Shown here: positions 44,095 to 55,874 of the stretch, piece by piece
How the letters are laid out: every line of letters begins with the position of its first letter
Position numbering within the stretch: the first letter of the stretch is position 1
DNA from: a virus
IMG/VR virus record: IMGVR_UViG_3300021961_000025
DNA length: 64,000 nucleotides
Strand: one strand, 5' to 3'
The notes under the pieces: generated by a model
What the model was told of the DNA's origin: nothing
The model's database searches: none
The model's input: the letters and a program-made list of their open reading frames with translations, nothing else
Position numbers and translations under genes: made by a program

Positions 44095-46725
44095 ATGGCT
44101 TTAGTTAAGGCAACAGCATCCACCGTAGTAAAGGATCAAGTCCCTGAGTTTATCAGAGACGAGAATGAGAATTTTACTGCCTTTTTAAAAGCATACTACG
44201 AGTGGTATGAGGACGTTTACATTCCTCAAAATAGTATTGAGGATATTCGTGACGTTGACGAAACTATTGATCAATTTGTTCAATATTTCAAAAGCGAAAT
44301 TATGTCGCCTATTCCTCAGGCAGTACTTTCGGATAAAAGATTTTTAGCAAAACAAATTAAACAACTATACCTTACTAAAGGTACAGTAGATTCTTATAAG
44401 TTTTTATTTCGAATTCTATTTAATGAAGACTCTGAATTATATTTCCCAAAAGTGGATATGTTACGAGTCTCGGATGGTAAATGGGATGAGAAACCTATTT
44501 TACGTATTGAAGTTACACAGGGTGAGCCAAGTGATTTAATTGGTCTAACAATTAATCAAGCAATTCCTGTTGCTGGTGGAACAACACTTAGAAGTTCTGC
44601 TCGAGTAGAAAACGTTATTCAAACTCGAATTGCAGCAACACAAGTTACTGACTTAGTTCTAGCGAATGAAAGTATTAAAGGTAATATTCTTGCTGAAACA
44701 GATGACAGAACATATGAAGTTACTGCAACTACATCTAATGGTTCAGTTATTCGTGGTAATGTTTTATCAATTCTAAAAGGATTCACTATTAAGAATGGTG
44801 GATCTTATTATAAGATTGGTGATTTAGTTGACGTATCAGACAGTGGACAAAATAATACCACTGCTCGTGCTGAGGTTGCTGAAATTGGAACTGGTAGCGT
44901 AGATAAAATTACTATCGCTTCAGGTGGTAGTGGATATGAAGTAGGTGATGAAGTTATTTTCGATAACACTAACACTGGTGGACCAGCAAATAGTCCTACT
45001 CTTTCTGCTCGTGCGAGAGTTAGTGAAGTAGATAGAGATTCTATATTACTAGAAGATGGTAGTAAACTTTTAGGCGAAGCAAGACACGAATTAGATATTG
45101 AAACATCAAACACTGGTGCGATTGTTACAGTAGACATTTTATATGGTGGTGACTTTTATAAAACACTACCTGTTCTTAGTTTACCAACAAACAATGGACG
45201 TACAGGTGGTAAACTTTTAGCGACTTCAACTACGATTGGTCGTATTACAAAAATTATCGTTCCTGACTTTGGTATCGATTATATTAATCCACCTAAAGTT
45301 ATTACACCACTTTATGCAGTTATTAAAAACCCAACTGGATTATTCCTTGTTGGCGAAACTGTTAGTGCACTTCCTCAATTACTTGTTTCTGAATCAGGAG
45401 ATGAAGATAATATCGTTTTGGAAACTGGGGAAAAGTTTGTATTAGAAAAACAACAAAACGCTACAGGTATTGTAGAAGATTTAGATGACGTATTACATTT
45501 AGTTAAGATTAAAAATGCAACGTCATTAGATAGAGTTTTATTAGAAGATGGCTCAGGTTATCTTTTAGATTCTGACGAAGATGTAATCGTACAAGAATCA
45601 AGTGGACAGTTTACAGATCGTATGAGAATACGTTCTAACATAACTTCTTATGAAGCAACAGTTACAAGTGTTAATGAACCTAACATTGTTGCAAAAGTAG
45701 GATCAGTTGGTTATACTGTTGGTAACTTTATTGGTGCTGATGGTAAGATCTCTGAAAGTTCTAAGAGAATTCAAGATAGTAAATATTATCAAGATTACTC
45801 TTATGTAATTAAGATTGGTCAATCAATTAATATCTATCGTGATGCAGTTAAGAAACTCTTGCATCCGATTGGCTTGGCTCTATTCGGTGAAGTTCAGATT
45901 CAAAGTATTTTAGATGCTTCTGTTCCTCAATTCCAACCTGGAGCAGCACTTAGACGTAATCTGTTTAGTCAGGTTATTAAGGGTATAATTGATGCAAAAG
46001 TGAAAGCTGTGGGTAATTATCGAACTGCAGGGGAAGACTTACCGAATGTCGATAAAGAAAAAATTACACTTTACATCACAGATTTCATTACAAGTGTGCT
46101 AAATATATACGTATCGGCTAGTGAATTCTTGCCAATATTACATATACCGAATCTAACACCATTAGAAGTTTATTTGTTAGATTTAAGAACCGAAGTTAGA
46201 CAAAGTCAAAAGACAGTAGTAAATGTTAAGAAACTAGAGTCTTTTGCTTCGTTACAAACTACAGCTAAGATTCTATATCAAAGAGTCTTGCAAGATCCTT
46301 CCAGTGTTTCTGGAACATTCTTGAAAGACTTAGAAAGATATAAGTTTACCTATAAACCCTCTGCAGCAGGGACTAAATATGCTAATGAGGGTGGTACTCC
46401 AGCATTTACTACAAATGCGTATGGAGTGGCTGGGACTTACCCAAGTCCTAACTATAACTACTTTACTATTGGCAACACGCAAATTAAAGACTTTGCGAAT
46501 TTGACTGTAGCAGAGATAATAAATAATCCTTATAAGCGAGTAAATTATGCTATCGAAACTGAATTGGGAATTGTCAAGTTACCTGCAAGTGCATTGCGAT
46601 TCTCTACAGACGATATTAGATTTACTTGGGATGACACGTTTACGATGGATGCAGATTCAGTAACAATCGACTCTGAACAATACACCATGGATAACGATGT
46701 CCTAAAATTTGACTTATACACTTAA
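44095..46725 (+). CDS. 7: Baseplate wedge initiator gp7-like
   Basis: VPEFI, FLKAYYEW, KGT..SYKFLFRILF, IQDSKYYQDYSYV, LLHPIG. Confidence 0.82.
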   Translation: MALVKATASTVVKDQVPEFIRDENENFTAFLKAYYEWYEDVYIPQNSIEDIRDVDETIDQFVQYFKSEIMSPIPQAVLSDKRFLAKQIKQLYLTKGTVDSYKFLFRILFNEDSELYFPKVDMLRVSDGKWDEKPILRIEVTQGEPSDLIGLTINQAIPVAGGTTLRSSARVENVIQTRIAATQVTDLVLANESIKGNILAETDDRTYEVTATTSNGSVIRGNVLSILKGFTIKNGGSYYKIGDLVDVSDSGQNNTTARAEVAEIGTGSVDKITIASGGSGYEVGDEVIFDNTNTGGPANSPTLSARARVSEVDRDSILLEDGSKLLGEARHELDIETSNTGAIVTVDILYGGDFYKTLPVLSLPTNNGRTGGKLLATSTTIGRITKIIVPDFGIDYINPPKVITPLYAVIKNPTGLFLVGETVSALPQLLVSESGDEDNIVLETGEKFVLEKQQNATGIVEDLDDVLHLVKIKNATSLDRVLLEDGSGYLLDSDEDVIVQESSGQFTDRMRIRSNITSYEATVTSVNEPNIVAKVGSVGYTVGNFIGADGKISESSKRIQDSKYYQDYSYVIKIGQSINIYRDAVKKLLHPIGLALFGEVQIQSILDASVPQFQPGAALRRNLFSQVIKGIIDAKVKAVGNYRTAGEDLPNVDKEKITLYITDFITSVLNIYVSASEFLPILHIPNLTPLEVYLLDLRTEVRQSQKTVVNVKKLESFASLQTTAKILYQRVLQDPSSVSGTFLKDLERYKFTYKPSAAGTKYANEGGTPAFTTNAYGVAGTYPSPNYNYFTIGNTQIKDFANLTVAEIINNPYKRVNYAIETELGIVKLPASALRFSTDDIRFTWDDTFTMDADSVTIDSEQYTMDNDVLKFDLYT

Positions 46726-46742
46726 AACCAGGAGAAACTAAA

Positions 46743-48143
46743 GTGGCAGCAATTATCACATCCAAGTTCCGAATTCATAATGCGGAACAGTTCAAAGAGG
46801 CTTTCGGCGAAACCTCTGCGACTAATATGTATCTCGGAATTGGTCGTCCTCAATCATGGACGGACGATAATCTTCCAGATACTCCAAAAGACACAGTTAG
46901 TGACGAATTCTACTATTGGGACGATATGATCGCTCTCAAGAGAATTCAAGAGTCTGACGTAACCCTTGCAATTCCAAGAAGAGATTGGACTTCAGGTAAG
47001 TACTACGACATCTATCGTCACGACTACAATGGCACTACAGCTGGAGTTAACATTGACTCTGGTGGTGCTACAACTCCAAGCACTTTGTTTGGCGCAAACT
47101 TCTTTGTCATTACAGACGAATATAACGTTTACAAATGTGTTGACAACGCAGGAGGTTCTGCTTCTACAGACAAACCAACAGGACAAGGAACAACTGTTAT
47201 TACCACTAACGATAACTACAAGTGGAAATATATGTACAGTGTTTCTCCTTCTGATGTGCTGAAGTTCGTTTCAACAGATTTTATTCCAGTTAAAAAACTA
47301 GGTACAAATCCTGGAGCAACTGATGCTTACTACAATCAATACTTGGTTGAGCAAGCAGCAATCGATGGTAAATTAGATCACATCGTTATGACTAACGTTG
47401 GATCTGGTTATACCTCTGTTCCTACAGTAACTATTACTGGTGATGGTACTGGTGCGACAGCAACTGCTGTTCGTGACGCAGGTACTGACACAATCACAGG
47501 TATTACAATTACTGCTGGTGGTTCAGGTTATACTTACGCAACTATCACTGTAACAGGTGGTGGTGGATCTAATGCTACAGCTACAGCTATCGTATCACCA
47601 AAAGGTGGACATGGTGCTGACGCAGTAGAAGAATTAGGTGGTTTTTATGTTCTTATGAACGTTCGTTTAGAATATTCAGATGGACAAGGCGACTTCCCAG
47701 TAGATAACGACTATCGTAGAATCATGCTTGTTCGTGATCCAACCAACTTTGGCGTTTCAACTATTGCAACTCTATCAACTCGTACTGCTACTTCCTCAAT
47801 GGGCTACAGCGCATTGTCAGGTACAATCGTAAATGATAGAACGTTTACAGGTGGAACATCTAACGCAGTTGGACGTATCGTTTCTATTGATACTGCAACT
47901 AACACTGTTCGTTACATCCAAACTGGAACTGACAACCCATCAGGTGTTGCTTTCCAAACTGGTGAAACAATTACAATGAATGATGTTAATGGTGCACCTA
48001 CTGTAACAACATGGACTTCTGGTACTTTAACTAATCCAGAAATTCAACCAGATTCTGGTGATGTAATCTATGTTGAAAACCGTAGACCAATCAATCGTGC
48101 AGATGATCAAATCGAAGATATTAAAATTATCGTCGAGATGTAA
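46743..48143 (+). CDS. 8: Baseplate wedge gp8
   Basis: AIITSKFR..NA, YNVYKC, YKWKYMY, YVENR.PI.R..DQIEDIK. Confidence 0.88.
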   Translation: MAAIITSKFRIHNAEQFKEAFGETSATNMYLGIGRPQSWTDDNLPDTPKDTVSDEFYYWDDMIALKRIQESDVTLAIPRRDWTSGKYYDIYRHDYNGTTAGVNIDSGGATTPSTLFGANFFVITDEYNVYKCVDNAGGSASTDKPTGQGTTVITTNDNYKWKYMYSVSPSDVLKFVSTDFIPVKKLGTNPGATDAYYNQYLVEQAAIDGKLDHIVMTNVGSGYTSVPTVTITGDGTGATATAVRDAGTDTITGITITAGGSGYTYATITVTGGGGSNATATAIVSPKGGHGADAVEELGGFYVLMNVRLEYSDGQGDFPVDNDYRRIMLVRDPTNFGVSTIATLSTRTATSSMGYSALSGTIVNDRTFTGGTSNAVGRIVSIDTATNTVRYIQTGTDNPSGVAFQTGETITMNDVNGAPTVTTWTSGTLTNPEIQPDSGDVIYVENRRPINRADDQIEDIKIIVEM

Positions 48144-48192
48144 TGCTAAATATCTTTGGATATTTTATAATTAACAGGTAAGAGACAAACGA

Positions 48193-51100
48193 ATGGCAAT
48201 CAATTTTAACGTAGCACCATATTTTGACGACTATCAAGATGCGAAGAAATTTCTTCGTGTCCTGTTTCGTCCAGGATATTCAGTTCAGGCTAGAGAATTA
48301 ACACAACTACAAACTATTTTACAAGATCAAGTATCACGTTTTGGTGATCACGTCTTCAAGAATGGTTCAATGGTTGTTCCTGGATCAGTTAACGTTGATA
48401 ATCAAGTCCACTTCGCTAAACTCGAAGATTTGTATAATAACGAATCTGTTAGATCTTACCTAACACAGTTCCGTAGTAAAATTGTCACTGGAGTAACTTC
48501 AGGTGTGAAAGCACTTGTTGTTGATACATCTGAGTGCGGATGTATGGTTGCTGGAGACAGCGATATTGCTACGTTGTATTTCAAAATTGAAAGCACAGCT
48601 GATGATGGAGTAACTAAGAGATTCATTCCTGGAGAAACTCTTACTGCACTTGCAAGCGACAATACAACGACTGCTAACTATCGTTTAACCACAAGCCAAG
48701 TTGGTGACATTTCTGTTCAAATTAGAACATTCGGTGACACTGGTAACGTTGGTACTTCATACACAGAAAATGAAGCATCAGATGTACTAGGTTATGGCTA
48801 CGCTGTTGAAGTAAAACAAGGTATTTACTTTATTGATGGATTCTTCGTTCAAAACGATGAATTACACTTATACATTGGTAGATTTAATAATAAACCTACA
48901 GCACGTGTTGGATTTGAAGTACTTGAACAAATCGTAACACCAGAAGATGATACTTCATTAAACGACAACGCACAAGGATCAAATAACTATGCTGCTCCTG
49001 GAGCACATCGTTATAAAATTGATTTAGCTTTAAAACGACTAGCACTTAATACTACCGACTCAGTTAAATTTATTGAGTTGCTACGTGTAGTTGATGGTCG
49101 TGTTCAGCACAAAGTTGAAAAGACAAGTTATGCTGAATTAGAAAAAACTTTTGCTCGTCGTACCTATGACGAATCTGGTAACTACGAAGTTAACAAGTTC
49201 CGTTTATCTGTTCGTGAACATTTAGACGATGGAGTTAACAATGGTGTTTATGATGCACGTCCATCAAGTGGTGCATTAACCGATAAGACTTACGGTAACA
49301 CTAATCAAATCGCATTAGTTGTAGATCCTGGAAAAGCATACGTACAAGGTTACGAAGTTGAAGGAACAATTACACAATACGTTGCAGTTAATAAAGCAAG
49401 ACCAATTAATGGTGTTGAGAATGGACATATTGTTCGTTTAGATGATCAACCTATTGGTACTCCAGTTGGTAACTACGCATTAGTTGATACTATTCGTGGT
49501 GTTCCAGATCTTGTAAACTTTGAAACAGTTTACTTATGGAATGGTACTGATCCATGGGGTTCACCTCCAACAGTTGGTACTTCTACAAACGTAGGCAAAA
49601 CTGGTTTAGTTGGTACAGCTAGAGTTAGATCTTTCCAATTACACAGTTCAGCTTATTCCAATAGTGCTCACTACAAAATGTCTTTCTTCGATATTCAAAT
49701 GGAAGAAGGATTTACTTTTGAGCGTGATGCAAAATGGATTACTGACGCTGGCAATACTGGCACAATCGATTTCTATGCAAACCTAGCACAATATGGCTCA
49801 GGTGGTGTATTAGTTAATGGTACTGCTGCTGGAACATCTGGCAGTGCAACAATTACTGGTTTCGGTACTAAATTCCTAACTGATTTTAAAGTTGGTGATG
49901 CTATCGTTCTTGGTGGTAACTTCGTTGGTTTCGTAACTAACATCGCAAGTCAAACAGAATTAACTATTGATTCAAACCTAACTGCTCCACAAGCAGGTAC
50001 TGGTGGTGCTCAAACTTTAACTCGTGGTGATTCAAGACTCTACGATGTTGAATACGATACACTCCTATTTAAAACAGGTTATCAAAATACAAAAACATTA
50101 CGTGGAAAAGATAATCTAACAGGACAAGATACTGTTAAGTCAAGTACACAAACTGTTCGTCGTACAATCACTGCTTCAGCTGATTCAGTAACGACTGACT
50201 GGTCATTTACTTTGACCAATACAAACGAATTCTTCTTGAGCGATCAAGACTTAGCAAACTTTACATTGTTCGATAATGTTACTGATCAAATCGTAAACAT
50301 TACTTCAGCAATGATTAGTTTTGATGACGACGCAAATAGAAAAACAATTACTATTTCTGGCTCATTAGCTAGTTTAACTGCAAGTCGTTCATACACTTTA
50401 ATTGCTTCAATTCTACAAATCGGTGTTCAAGCAGCAGAGAAAATTAAAACTGCAACTGCTTACACTGCTACTGTTACAACTAAGAAATCTGTAACTGCGA
50501 AGAATGTTATTCTTCCTCATGCTGATATTTTAGAAGTCACTGAAGTTTTAATGACTCCAGGAGACTATGCTACATTTAATGCAGCAAACTCTGTAGATAT
50601 TACTAATAACTTTACGTTAGACAGTGGTCAACGTTCAACTCACTATCAAGCTGGTGCTTTAGTACTTAAAGAGGGTGCTTCTGTTCCTACTGGTGCTTTA
50701 CAAGTTAAGTATCGTTATTTTGCTTATAGTAGTTCTGGTAACTATTTCTCTGCAGACTCTTACAATACTACAATTGATTACGAAGATATTCCTTCATTCA
50801 AAGTTCGTGCTAATGATGGCACAGTTGAAGAAGTATACTTACACGACGTAATTGATTATCGTCCAGTAATTAGTGGACTAAACAGTTTCAAACCAGAGAT
50901 TCCAAAAATTGGAACGGACTTCAATACTTCTCTTGCTTACTATCTACCAAGATTTGATAAGGTTGTATTAGATTCAGTCGGTCGTATTAATGTTATCGCT
51001 GGTGTTCCTGCTCTTGATCCTAAAGAGCCAGAAGATCCAAAAGAGGGTATGGTATTAGCAACTGTTATGCTACCTGCCTACACTAAATCTGCATCTGATG

Positions 51101-54100
51101 TAAAAGTTTATCAAAGAGATAATCGTCGTTACACAATGCGTGATATTGGTCATCTAGAAAGAAGAATTAAGAATCTAGAATACTATGTTTCTCTAAACTT
51201 ACTTGAAAGAGAAACAGAGCAACTATCAATTAAAGATGGTACTACTGGTATTGATAGATTTAAAAACGGATTTATTGTAGATCAATTTACTGGTCACGGA
51301 ATTGGTGACGTAAAACATCCTGACTATAAAATTGCAGTTGATATAGGCAGACGTGAATTACGTCCAATGCACTTTACTTCTGCTTTAGAAGTTATTGAGG
51401 ATTTAGAATCTGCACAACAAAGAGCGACTAGAGATTATCAGCGTACTGGTGATTTAATTACTTTACCTTACACTGAAGAATTGTTTATCTTTAATCCAAA
51501 CTCTTCTCGTTCAATTGATATTAACCCTTACAAAATTGGTGCGTTCAAAGGTGAGGTAATTCTTTCACCAGAGGGCGACAACTGGAAAGACACTGATCGT
51601 CGTCCAGACTTACAAGTTACAGATGACAATGGCTATGATGCTATTCGATTCATGGCAGAACAATTAGGCGTAACAGGAACTCAATGGGGTGAATGGCAGA
51701 ATAACTGGACAGGATCTAGTAGTTCTACTCGTACTTTCCAAACTGGTAATCCAAACCAGCGTCGTCAAACAGTTCGTGGATATCAAGAAACTGTTAGAAC
51801 AGACACTGGTATTTCATCACGTGAAGGAATTAGAACTTCATTAAGTGGCGAAACTAACTCAATCGATTACGGTGATCGTGTAGTAGATATTTCTTATCTA
51901 CCTTACATGCGTCCACGTCCAGTATTGTTTGCAGTTAAGAACCTAAAATCTGATACAAGATTCTATGCTTTCTTTGATGATAAGAGAGTAGATGCTGATA
52001 ATATTCGTCCAGCTGATGTATTTAAAGTTACACAAATTGTTGGTTCAACTAATATTAACTTTGATCCAACTTTTGTTAGCCAAACTATTCTAGCTGACGA
52101 TCCAGCAAGATCATACAATGGTGTAATCGAGCCAGCATTTGGTAGTGGTGATATTGTTAAAAACAGTACACATACTCCAACTGTAGTTCAAACTATTACA
52201 CACATTACTGATCCTTTAGGAGCAAGTTCATTTACAATGACAGTTGCTGATGCTGCTGGTATTCTTCCAGGACATCACGTGTTCTTGTATAACTTTGATG
52301 CTGCAAGACCAAGTCCAAATGTAAGTTCATACTTTACTGAACAAAACAGAACACAGACTACTTTAACAGCTGTCGATACTACTCACTCTAAACAATTAAA
52401 CAGACGTTACTTTAAAGTAAGTGCTGTTAATGGAACTACTTTAACTTTAACAAGCACAGATGGTTCAACTATCTCTGCGTTTGATTCTTATGCAACTACT
52501 AATTACCCTGCTGGTGATGGTGGTCGTTTATTAAGATTACAAGCAAGTGGTGTTGTTGCGTTTAGTGGTGTTGAAGATTCTTCTACTGTTATTGATGTTC
52601 ACGTAGTTAATATTAAGAATGGTTTCGCTATTGGCGAACAATTAACTGGTGAAGCAGATCTTGGCTCTGGTGCAAGAAACCGAGTAACGATTACTTCAAT
52701 CAATGGTGGAACATCAACTACAACTGCTCCAACTATGAAAGCGATCGGCGATGCTGTTCGTACTGATTCATGGGGATCTGCTGTAGGTATCTTCTATCTA
52801 CCTGAAAATACTTTCCGTACTGGTGAGAGATCATTTAAACTTATTGACAACGTTAGCAACAGTGATGCCAACTTTGACTCAAAAGGTTTTGCTACTTACT
52901 ACTCAACTGGTATGAGTTTACAAAAAGAACGTACTGTTGTTAACTCACGAGATGTTAGATTCGTACAAGATCGTTTATATGAATCGATTCCAATTCGTAG
53001 AACAACTACTTCAACAAGATTACTATACAGCTATTGGACAGGACACGATCCAGTTGCACAAACCTTTGTAGTATCATCACTAGGTGGTGCATTTATTTCT
53101 AGCGTAGATTTATTCTTCCAAGAAACAGGTAATCGTCCAGTAACTGTTGAATTAAGAACAACTAACAATGGTGTTCCTACTTCTAAGATTTTACCATTTA
53201 CAACTGTAACTAAAGATCCTTCACAGATTAATATTTCAGAAAATGGTTCAGTTTCTACTACCTTTACATTCGATGCTCCTGTATACTTACAGGACAATGA
53301 AACTTATGCTCTTGTCGTTAAGACTGACGAACCTGGAGCGAAGTTATTCATCTCTGAATTAGGTAAAACTGATTTACAAACAAACAATATTATTACAAGT
53401 CAGCCATTAACTGGCTCATTATACCTATCACAAAACTCAAGAGAATTTGAGATCAATCCTTTATTAGATCTTAAATTCAATATGAAGAAATGTAAGTTTG
53501 ATACTGATGCAAGTGCTAACGTTGAATTAAAAGCAAGTGCTCCAGTGGTAATGAATTTACCTGAGAATCCATTTGAGTTCACACCTAACACTACAACTGT
53601 TCGTGTGTCTCATTCAAACCATGGATTTGCTGCAGGTGATCTAGTTGTTATCTCTGGTGTAGCTGATGGATTGTATGGTGCTAACAGTACTACCAATGGT
53701 GCAAGTGATGATCTATTAAATGGTTCACACACTGTACTAGCTACTGGTATTACTAAAGACTCATACCTAATCGCACTACAAACTACAGATTCTTCTGGAA
53801 ACAGTTTACTAAGTGGAACTACTGCCAACTTTGTAAAAGGTAATTATGGTGGACAAAGTGTAAAAGCGACTAGACAATTATTCATGGATTATATGTTCTT
53901 GAAGTCAAACGATCTAAACTTCCAAGATACTTCTATCACTTGGTATGTGAATGCTGAGGACACAAGTGGTACTCGTACTGGAACATTACCGATCGTTGCA
54001 AACGAAGATTATGTGTTTGACTCTCGTAAAGTTATTAAATCTTTTGAAAATCAAAGAGTGGTGACAACGACTCCATTGTTGAAGTCACCATCTCTACAAC

Positions 54101-55437
54101 TTCACGCAGTAATTAGTTCAGATAACGAAAACGTATCTCCAGTAATTGATATGCAAAAACTTTCTGTTTATGCAATTCAAAACCTAGTTGGTAATAAAAC
54201 TGCTTCTGATCTAAACGTTCCTGCGATTGATACGCTAACACTTATTGAAGATAGTTCAGTTGTTGATACTGATACCTATGTAATTGGTAGTGGTACTATT
54301 ACAGTTAACACTGCAAGCGACAATGTAACTGGTTCAGGTACACAATTTACAACTCAAGTTAAAGTTGGAGAAACTCTACGTATCGGTAACGATGCAGTGG
54401 GTGTTGTTCTAACAATTAACTCAGACACCGATCTAGATCTAACTACAGTATCATTGATAACTTCTAGCAACTCAGCTTACAAGATTGTAGCACGTGGTTG
54501 GTTAGAGTTTGAAAACGTCAATGGTGCTGGTGTAATTAGAACATGGGTTGATGCTGCAGACAATATTTTACAAAACGCACAAATCGGATCTCAATTAACT
54601 ATCAATGGTGTTTGGTCTTCTAAAATTGACGGAACATATTTGATAAATAATGTTACAGAGTCTTCTGATTCTTCACGTTTCGCAGGTAGTGCTGATGGTA
54701 ACAAAGTAGAAATTACTTTAGCAAGTCCTTTCTATACTTTCCCATCTATTGCTTATCTAAATCTAGTAAATGACTGGATTGAATTACAATTAGGTGGTTC
54801 ACAAACTTCTAGTACTTCTAGCACAAGCATTTCCTCAACGAATGATAATACTGCTTATATTACAGCAGGAGATCAGATTGTATCATCTACTGTTTACGAA
54901 GTTGTAAATCCAGATGGTGGTAGTGAAGAAAGATTAGAAAGAAAAGTAGTTGGTACTGTTCAGTCAGTTGCTGCAGGATCTATTACGTTGACTTCAAATG
55001 CAACGATTGCTATTACTGAGGCGATGTTCGTACGTAAACCAAATCTAAACTGGTCAGTGAATCAGCTTAAGAGTTTCGTAGATGACTTTGCTCCTACTGG
55101 CTCTTCAAACTTGGCTAACTATGTAACAAGACCATTAACGCTTTCTACTTCAGCTGACAGTGTTCGTATGTTGTTTGATGCTACGATTCCACAAAATACA
55201 GATATTATAGTTTACTATCGTGTATGGAATGGTGACCAAGATTTAAGCAAATTAAAATGGACTAATGCAGGATTTACATCTTTATCTAAATCTGCAGTAG
55301 ACTTCTTTACTGAAAGAGAAGTAAATGTAAATGATATTACTGACTTTACAAATTTACAAGTTAAGTTTGTGATGAAGTCTAGCAATACGACTTACATTCC
55401 TAAGATTAAAAATTTAAGAGTGGTGGCTCATAGTTAA
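48193..55437 (+). CDS. Large virion structural protein (VrlC/DUF4815-like)
   Basis: FNVAPYFDD, VLFRPG..VQARELTQLQ, APGAHR, RRYTMRDIG.LE.RI, DPVAQTF. Confidence 0.85.
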   Translation: MAINFNVAPYFDDYQDAKKFLRVLFRPGYSVQARELTQLQTILQDQVSRFGDHVFKNGSMVVPGSVNVDNQVHFAKLEDLYNNESVRSYLTQFRSKIVTGVTSGVKALVVDTSECGCMVAGDSDIATLYFKIESTADDGVTKRFIPGETLTALASDNTTTANYRLTTSQVGDISVQIRTFGDTGNVGTSYTENEASDVLGYGYAVEVKQGIYFIDGFFVQNDELHLYIGRFNNKPTARVGFEVLEQIVTPEDDTSLNDNAQGSNNYAAPGAHRYKIDLALKRLALNTTDSVKFIELLRVVDGRVQHKVEKTSYAELEKTFARRTYDESGNYEVNKFRLSVREHLDDGVNNGVYDARPSSGALTDKTYGNTNQIALVVDPGKAYVQGYEVEGTITQYVAVNKARPINGVENGHIVRLDDQPIGTPVGNYALVDTIRGVPDLVNFETVYLWNGTDPWGSPPTVGTSTNVGKTGLVGTARVRSFQLHSSAYSNSAHYKMSFFDIQMEEGFTFERDAKWITDAGNTGTIDFYANLAQYGSGGVLVNGTAAGTSGSATITGFGTKFLTDFKVGDAIVLGGNFVGFVTNIASQTELTIDSNLTAPQAGTGGAQTLTRGDSRLYDVEYDTLLFKTGYQNTKTLRGKDNLTGQDTVKSSTQTVRRTITASADSVTTDWSFTLTNTNEFFLSDQDLANFTLFDNVTDQIVNITSAMISFDDDANRKTITISGSLASLTASRSYTLIASILQIGVQAAEKIKTATAYTATVTTKKSVTAKNVILPHADILEVTEVLMTPGDYATFNAANSVDITNNFTLDSGQRSTHYQAGALVLKEGASVPTGALQVKYRYFAYSSSGNYFSADSYNTTIDYEDIPSFKVRANDGTVEEVYLHDVIDYRPVISGLNSFKPEIPKIGTDFNTSLAYYLPRFDKVVLDSVGRINVIAGVPALDPKEPEDPKEGMVLATVMLPAYTKSASDVKVYQRDNRRYTMRDIGHLERRIKNLEYYVSLNLLERETEQLSIKDGTTGIDRFKNGFIVDQFTGHGIGDVKHPDYKIAVDIGRRELRPMHFTSALEVIEDLESAQQRATRDYQRTGDLITLPYTEELFIFNPNSSRSIDINPYKIGAFKGEVILSPEGDNWKDTDRRPDLQVTDDNGYDAIRFMAEQLGVTGTQWGEWQNNWTGSSSSTRTFQTGNPNQRRQTVRGYQETVRTDTGISSREGIRTSLSGETNSIDYGDRVVDISYLPYMRPRPVLFAVKNLKSDTRFYAFFDDKRVDADNIRPADVFKVTQIVGSTNINFDPTFVSQTILADDPARSYNGVIEPAFGSGDIVKNSTHTPTVVQTITHITDPLGASSFTMTVADAAGILPGHHVFLYNFDAARPSPNVSSYFTEQNRTQTTLTAVDTTHSKQLNRRYFKVSAVNGTTLTLTSTDGSTISAFDSYATTNYPAGDGGRLLRLQASGVVAFSGVEDSSTVIDVHVVNIKNGFAIGEQLTGEADLGSGARNRVTITSINGGTSTTTAPTMKAIGDAVRTDSWGSAVGIFYLPENTFRTGERSFKLIDNVSNSDANFDSKGFATYYSTGMSLQKERTVVNSRDVRFVQDRLYESIPIRRTTTSTRLLYSYWTGHDPVAQTFVVSSLGGAFISSVDLFFQETGNRPVTVELRTTNNGVPTSKILPFTTVTKDPSQINISENGSVSTTFTFDAPVYLQDNETYALVVKTDEPGAKLFISELGKTDLQTNNIITSQPLTGSLYLSQNSREFEINPLLDLKFNMKKCKFDTDASANVELKASAPVVMNLPENPFEFTPNTTTVRVSHSNHGFAAGDLVVISGVADGLYGANSTTNGASDDLLNGSHTVLATGITKDSYLIALQTTDSSGNSLLSGTTANFVKGNYGGQSVKATRQLFMDYMFLKSNDLNFQDTSITWYVNAEDTSGTRTGTLPIVANEDYVFDSRKVIKSFENQRVVTTTPLLKSPSLQLHAVISSDNENVSPVIDMQKLSVYAIQNLVGNKTASDLNVPAIDTLTLIEDSSVVDTDTYVIGSGTITVNTASDNVTGSGTQFTTQVKVGETLRIGNDAVGVVLTINSDTDLDLTTVSLITSSNSAYKIVARGWLEFENVNGAGVIRTWVDAADNILQNAQIGSQLTINGVWSSKIDGTYLINNVTESSDSSRFAGSADGNKVEITLASPFYTFPSIAYLNLVNDWIELQLGGSQTSSTSSTSISSTNDNTAYITAGDQIVSSTVYEVVNPDGGSEERLERKVVGTVQSVAAGSITLTSNATIAITEAMFVRKPNLNWSVNQLKSFVDDFAPTGSSNLANYVTRPLTLSTSADSVRMLFDATIPQNTDIIVYYRVWNGDQDLSKLKWTNAGFTSLSKSAVDFFTEREVNVNDITDFTNLQVKFVMKSSNTTYIPKIKNLRVVAHS

Positions 55438-55655
55438 TGGCTTTAGCTAAGATTAAAGACTACACTCATTTAAGAAAAGATTCTTCTAATGGTGGTGTAA
55501 TTAATGTGGACAACGAGGCATATGTTGCGTATAAGCGACAGAAAGCATTGTTAGTAGACTCAGTAAAAGAAAAAGAGTCTATGAGAAGTGAAATAAATAG
55601 TATGAAGAAGGATTTAGAAGAGATTAAGAATCTTCTACATAAACTAGTTGGATAA
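55437..55655 (+). CDS. Conserved small coiled-coil protein
   Basis: L.KD...GGVIN...Y...EIKNLL; usual neighbour of the VrlC-like gene. Confidence 0.7.
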   Translation: MALAKIKDYTHLRKDSSNGGVINVDNEAYVAYKRQKALLVDSVKEKESMRSEINSMKKDLEEIKNLLHKLVG

Positions 55656-55660
55656 CTAAA

Positions 55661-55870
55661 ATGGCAAAACAAACAACAATAACAGAAGTTACACAGGCAA
55701 ACACTTTTGATCAGTGGAGGCAGAGAACTAACGAAGTTATTACTCATACCAATAATCAAGAAGATTACATTGGTGATATCGCTCAAATCGAATCAGGTAA
55801 TAATAACTTAGTTGATGCAGTCAATGAAGCAAGAGGTTATTCTGTAGCAATTTCTATCGCACTGGGGTAA
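55661..55870 (+). CDS. Small structural/fibre-associated protein
   Basis: TFDQWR..TNE N-terminus, NLVDAVNE, C-terminal AISIALG. Confidence 0.65.
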   Translation: MAKQTTITEVTQANTFDQWRQRTNEVITHTNNQEDYIGDIAQIESGNNNLVDAVNEARGYSVAISIALG

Positions 55871-55874
55871 ATAA

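Noticed and set aside
45040-45600. LLEDG-like repeats in gp7
   Set aside because: Short protein motif repeats common in such baseplate proteins; not a separate element
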